From a virus, in the UHGV virus genome UHGV-1746214: a stretch of DNA of 10,630 bases. One strand, given 5' to 3'. Shown here one piece after another: positions 8,064-10,630 of the stretch (position 1 is its first letter; every line of letters starts with the position of its first letter). Position numbers and translations under genes: made by a program. Under the pieces are notes generated by a model that saw only the letters and a program-made list of their open reading frames with translations, made no database searches and was not told the DNA's origin.

Positions 8064-8156
8064 ATCCCAGCTTTTTACTTAAAACAACCCAAAATTCCTT
8101 CCGGGTATCTGCATGAATGTAGAAACTATTTTTATGCATTACAGCAGTGAATATTA

Positions 8157-8507
8157 TCATCGAATACGTTCTCTTGCTGTCTTCGCTCTGTGGCATTCCC
8201 AGCATAACGACTCAAGATTGGAATCATCATCAGTACCACCATGAGCTTTTGGGATAATGTGGTCTACAGTCCTGGCCTCAACAGCCCGCCCATTGCGCAG
8301 GCAGTTCTGACACAGATGATTATCACGCTTCAATACGCGCGCACGTATGGTATCCCATTTCGAACCATAGCCACGCTGGTGGCGGCTCAGTCCGCGTTGA
8401 TGCTTTACCCATCCTTCGCCACGATGTTTATCACAGTAACCAGAACTGTCTGTGGTTGTACCTGCACATCCACGCTTACGGCAGGCGCGTGGGGTTTGTG
8501 ATGGCAT
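8157..8507 (-). CDS. HNH endonuclease (terminase-associated type)
   Basis: 116-aa ORF with Cys-rich N-terminus and the HNH core HIIPKAHGGTDDDSNLESLCWECHRAKT; located upstream of the terminase genes as in HK97-like phages. Confidence 0.9.
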   Translation of the reverse strand: MPSQTPRACRKRGCAGTTTDSSGYCDKHRGEGWVKHQRGLSRHQRGYGSKWDTIRARVLKRDNHLCQNCLRNGRAVEARTVDHIIPKAHGGTDDDSNLESLCWECHRAKTARERIR

Positions 8508-8527
8508 GGAATTTCGTTCTCCTGCTA

Positions 8528-8824
8528 TTAAAACGCTTCTCCCTCGGGGCGGATACAGATCGCACCCAGCCCCGCTGCCACGGCGTACTGATTATGTTCA
8601 TCGACAAGCTTTATTGTGCTATCAAGTAACTCACGACAGCGATTTACATTCGTTTCAATGCTCAACACCAGTGAATAAGCACCATTCAACTCCTCACCTG
8701 ATAAAAACGGAGAATCAGCAGAAACAATTTCCGATTTTATTTTTCGCAGAGCGCAAAGATTTTCTTCAATGCGTTTTCTCAGGATCACACAACGCCCAAT
8801 CGCTTCATAGTTTCGCTCAGACAT
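8528..8824 (-). CDS. Hypothetical protein (98 aa from ATG at 8824)
   Basis: ORF between Rz and HNH; AGGTAGGTG Shine-Dalgarno upstream of the ATG at 8824 (the ORF track extends to a TTG at 8842); lower GC than flanks; no recognisable motif. Confidence 0.55.
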   Translation of the reverse strand: MSERNYEAIGRCVILRKRIEENLCALRKIKSEIVSADSPFLSGEELNGAYSLVLSIETNVNRCRELLDSTIKLVDEHNQYAVAAGLGAICIRPEGEAF

Positions 8825-8849
8825 TTCACCTACCTGTTTCAAAAGTACT

Positions 8850-9314
8850 CTACTTAATGCACTGATCGCGGATATATTCCTGCAATCCCCTGATCATTTT
8901 TTCGCTGGTTGCGATTCGCTCCCTGAGGACGAAATAATCCCGCTGAGCGGCGTCAGTAAGTCCGGGGCTGGCTGCATCATCCACGCCGGAGGAGGTGGAG
9001 GCTTCACGCACGGATGGACAGACGGCTCTGATGCGCAACCGACGACGACCAGCGGCAATATCATTACGCAGAGCATCATTTTCAGCTTTTGCATCAGCTA
9101 ATTCCTTCGAGTATTTTTCATCGAGTGCAGCAACATCACGATGGCGCTGCTGCAGGTCAGTAATAGTGGCGTTCGCCTGGCTGAGTTTTGTCTTCACATC
9201 ATCTCGCTGCTCTTTGTAGGTAATGGCGTTACTACGGTAATAGCTGGTGGACTGCCACAACGCACCGCAGGCCACCAGCAGCGCAATGATCGCGCCATGA
9301 AGAACATGATTCAT
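8850..9314 (-). CDS. Rz: i-spanin (Rz-like)
   Basis: 154-aa ORF with an N-terminal transmembrane segment and a charged coiled-coil region; contains an embedded lipoprotein ORF in another frame; downstream of the endolysin. Confidence 0.85.
   Translation of the reverse strand: MNHVLHGAIIALLVACGALWQSTSYYRSNAITYKEQRDDVKTKLSQANATITDLQQRHRDVAALDEKYSKELADAKAENDALRNDIAAGRRRLRIRAVCPSVREASTSSGVDDAASPGLTDAAQRDYFVLRERIATSEKMIRGLQEYIRDQCIK
8894..9094 (-). CDS. Rz1: o-spanin lipoprotein (Rz1-like), embedded within Rz
   Basis: 66-aa ORF wholly inside Rz in a different frame; signal peptide with lipobox VVGC and a proline-rich mature region (PPPPP). Confidence 0.8.
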   Translation of the reverse strand: MQKLKMMLCVMILPLVVVGCASEPSVHPCVKPPPPPAWMMQPAPDLLTPLSGIISSSGSESQPAKK

Positions 9315-9315
9315 A

Positions 9316-9429
9316 TCACCACCAGCGGATTACCCAGATCAGAACAGCAATGGACACAATACGAATAGCAAAGGTCGCTGCTCTTGTTAAATCCAGGCTG
9401 GCTGGCGTTTCCACTTCAATGCCTTTCAT
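9316..9429 (-). CDS. Small hydrophobic peptide ORF (37 aa), not in the supplied ORF track
   Basis: ATG at 9429-9427 with GAGG about 11 nt upstream; encodes MKGIEVETPASLDLTRAATFAIRIVSIAVLIWVIRWW; its TGA stop lies 1 nt before the Rz ATG. Confidence 0.3.
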   Translation of the reverse strand: MKGIEVETPASLDLTRAATFAIRIVSIAVLIWVIRWW

Positions 9430-9525
9430 AATGGACAACCTCAGAAAGAATTTTTTATACTTCCTCACAGGTAAAGCACCTCCCTACCCATAATTTCTCC
9501 CTTGCCTTACTCAAGGTCAGAAACA

Positions 9526-9559
9526 CAAAGCCCCGATTGCTCCAACAACCGGGGCTTTG
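9526..9559 (-). terminator. Strong hairpin immediately downstream of the endolysin gene
   Basis: Perfect 10-bp stem (CAAAGCCCCG / CGGGGCTTTG) with a 14-nt loop, 6 nt after the endolysin stop; T-rich sequence on both sides. Confidence 0.4.
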
Positions 9560-9565
9560 CTTTAC

Positions 9566-9949
9566 TTATCGTTTCAACTGGAAGTGAGGCCCGTCTTTCA
9601 GGCTGGCCCAGTCCCCGCCCCATTCGATGGCGATCCCCAGTTCTGCGGCAGCCTGCTTAAATGCCTGTGCGATTTTCTCGTACAGAAACCAATCCCATGA
9701 CACCTGACTGCCAACGTAAGCCACAACATCAACCGCATCACCTGTCAGGTGACGGCTGTTCATGGTCTGGCTTTTTCCTTCAGCAACCAGCTGTTTCTGG
9801 CGATACTTGCTGCGCAGGCCTTCCGTAATACCGAAATCAACCTCCGTCAGCTCCAGAGCACGGCGAACTACAGCAACCAGCTGTGGTTTGACACCCTCCA
9901 GATTTTTCTCGCTCCGACGACTGAATCTGAATTTACCCGGCATACTCAC
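9566..9949 (-). CDS. Endolysin, peptidase M15 (VanY-like) family
   Basis: 127-aa ORF with the metallopeptidase motif SRHLTGDAVD (SxHxxGxAxD) and the distal WGGDW...DGPHFQL His region; sits within the lysis cassette. Confidence 0.85.
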   Translation of the reverse strand: MSMPGKFRFSRRSEKNLEGVKPQLVAVVRRALELTEVDFGITEGLRSKYRQKQLVAEGKSQTMNSRHLTGDAVDVVAYVGSQVSWDWFLYEKIAQAFKQAAAELGIAIEWGGDWASLKDGPHFQLKR

Positions 9950-10221
9950 CCCCGTAATGAAAGGATTTTTGTAACGTTCCCACGTGCACGTATCACTAGC
10001 ACACAGACCAGCAGGTTAAAAAACACCATCAGCCAGTTACCCGGCGGGAAGTGTCCGCACAGATAGCTGAGCGGAGCAAAGGCATAAAGCAGCATCAGCA
10101 GCCAGGCCAGCCATGACATCAGCGGTTTATGTCTGGAATCACGACGACGATAAAAAAAAAGCGTCAGCACGATAACCGTGCATAACGCCACATTCAGCAA
10201 TCCGGGAAAGTTATTTAACAT
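9946..10221 (-). CDS. Holin/antiholin-like membrane protein (91 aa from ATG at 10221)
   Basis: Three hydrophobic segments; ATG at 10221 preceded by GGAGGAGG (the ORF track extends to a GTG at 10236); overlaps the upstream holin's 3' end, and its stop overlaps the endolysin ATG. Confidence 0.6.
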   Translation of the reverse strand: MLNNFPGLLNVALCTVIVLTLFFYRRRDSRHKPLMSWLAWLLMLLYAFAPLSYLCGHFPPGNWLMVFFNLLVCVLVIRARGNVTKILSLRG

Positions 10222-10603
10222 TGCCGCCTCCTCCACCCCGCAGGCGTGAGAACAGACCGGATACCAGCGATGCGATATCCTGCTGGTGGATAAACGACAG
10301 AATTTTTACCGACACCACCGATACCAGCACCGCACACAGTGCATCTGCCGATGTGCCGTCATAACCGGTTTTTGATGCAATCCAGACTGACAGCACATGC
10401 GCACCCAGTACACCAACGATAAACGACACAAGAAAATGCGCAGCCACACGCCAGGCGGATAGTGTCTGCGGCATTGTGGCCACAAACAGCGCCCCGGCAA
10501 ATGCACCAAACACAATCCCGAAATCCGTTCCGGTAAACAGCCCGAACACCGTCGCCCCACCGAGCGCCGTAGCCGTGCCGGAACCGGATAAGGGTTCAGA
10601 CAT
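10211..10603 (-). CDS. Putative holin (130 aa, 3-4 transmembrane segments)
   Basis: First gene of the lysis cassette; Gly/Ala-rich hydrophobic helices; AGGAG Shine-Dalgarno upstream of the ATG; C-terminal charged/Gly tail. Confidence 0.65.
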   Translation of the reverse strand: MSEPLSGSGTATALGGATVFGLFTGTDFGIVFGAFAGALFVATMPQTLSAWRVAAHFLVSFIVGVLGAHVLSVWIASKTGYDGTSADALCAVLVSVVSVKILSFIHQQDIASLVSGLFSRLRGGGGGNVK

Positions 10604-10619
10604 ACTTTTTTCTCCTGTA

Positions 10620-10630
10620 AGATCGGAAGA
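10620..10630. other. Illumina adapter remnant (AGATCGGAAGA)
   Basis: Matches the start of the standard adapter read-through sequence AGATCGGAAGAGC as I recall it; reverse complement of the window's first 15 nt. Confidence 0.8.

Noticed and set aside
7804-8205. 133-aa minus-strand ORF overlapping the 3' end of the plus-strand moron and the 3' end of the HNH gene
   Set aside because: It overlaps two better-supported genes, starts inside the HNH coding region, and would run through the hairpin at 8038-8063; most likely a chance ORF in AT-rich sequence. A short genuine gene in 8022-8156 cannot be fully excluded.
8452-8865. 137-aa plus-strand ORF overlapping the 98-aa hypothetical gene
   Set aside because: It is antisense to a minus-strand ORF that has a strong Shine-Dalgarno and operon context; no start signal of its own.
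10306-10560. 84-aa minus-strand ORF in an alternative frame inside the holin gene
   Set aside because: Fully nested in the holin ORF, Cys/Arg-rich translation, no independent start signal.
1-10630. Terminal inverted repeat (first 15 nt versus last 11 nt) that could suggest a transposon or linear element with inverted ends
   Set aside because: Both termini are Illumina adapter sequence, and the content between them is an ordinary phage late-gene block with cos in the middle, not at the ends.
1-10630. CRISPR arrays, tRNA or rRNA genes, integrase or attachment sites
   Set aside because: No regularly spaced repeat array, no cloverleaf-like conserved tRNA segments noticed, and no integrase-like ORF; the window covers only lysis, packaging and head genes.

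Overview
This 10.6 kb window reads as the late-gene region of an HK97-like lambdoid temperate phage or prophage, probably from an enterobacterial host (inference from gene content and roughly 50-55% GC judged by eye). Almost everything is on the minus strand, in transcription order: lysis cassette (holin, second membrane protein, M15-type endolysin, Rz/Rz1 spanins), a small unknown gene, HNH endonuclease, terminase small and large subunits, a small membrane protein, portal, prohead protease, major capsid protein, and head-tail connector/adaptor genes. Genes are tightly packed with overlapping stop/start codons. Between the HNH and terminase genes sits the only plus-strand gene, an AT-rich 171-codon ORF of unknown function, and beside it an intergenic region that probably carries cos. 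The main anomalies are: (1) a single in-frame TAG splitting the terminase large subunit gene into 70-codon and 511-codon pieces; (2) that opposite-strand moron-like ORF at the packaging junction; (3) a 37-codon membrane-peptide ORF between endolysin and Rz that is missing from the ORF track; (4) Illumina adapter remnants at both ends of the window. No rRNA, tRNA, CRISPR array, integrase, repressor or tail genes are visible. All family assignments are from reading the translations and from memory of family hallmarks; no database search was run.
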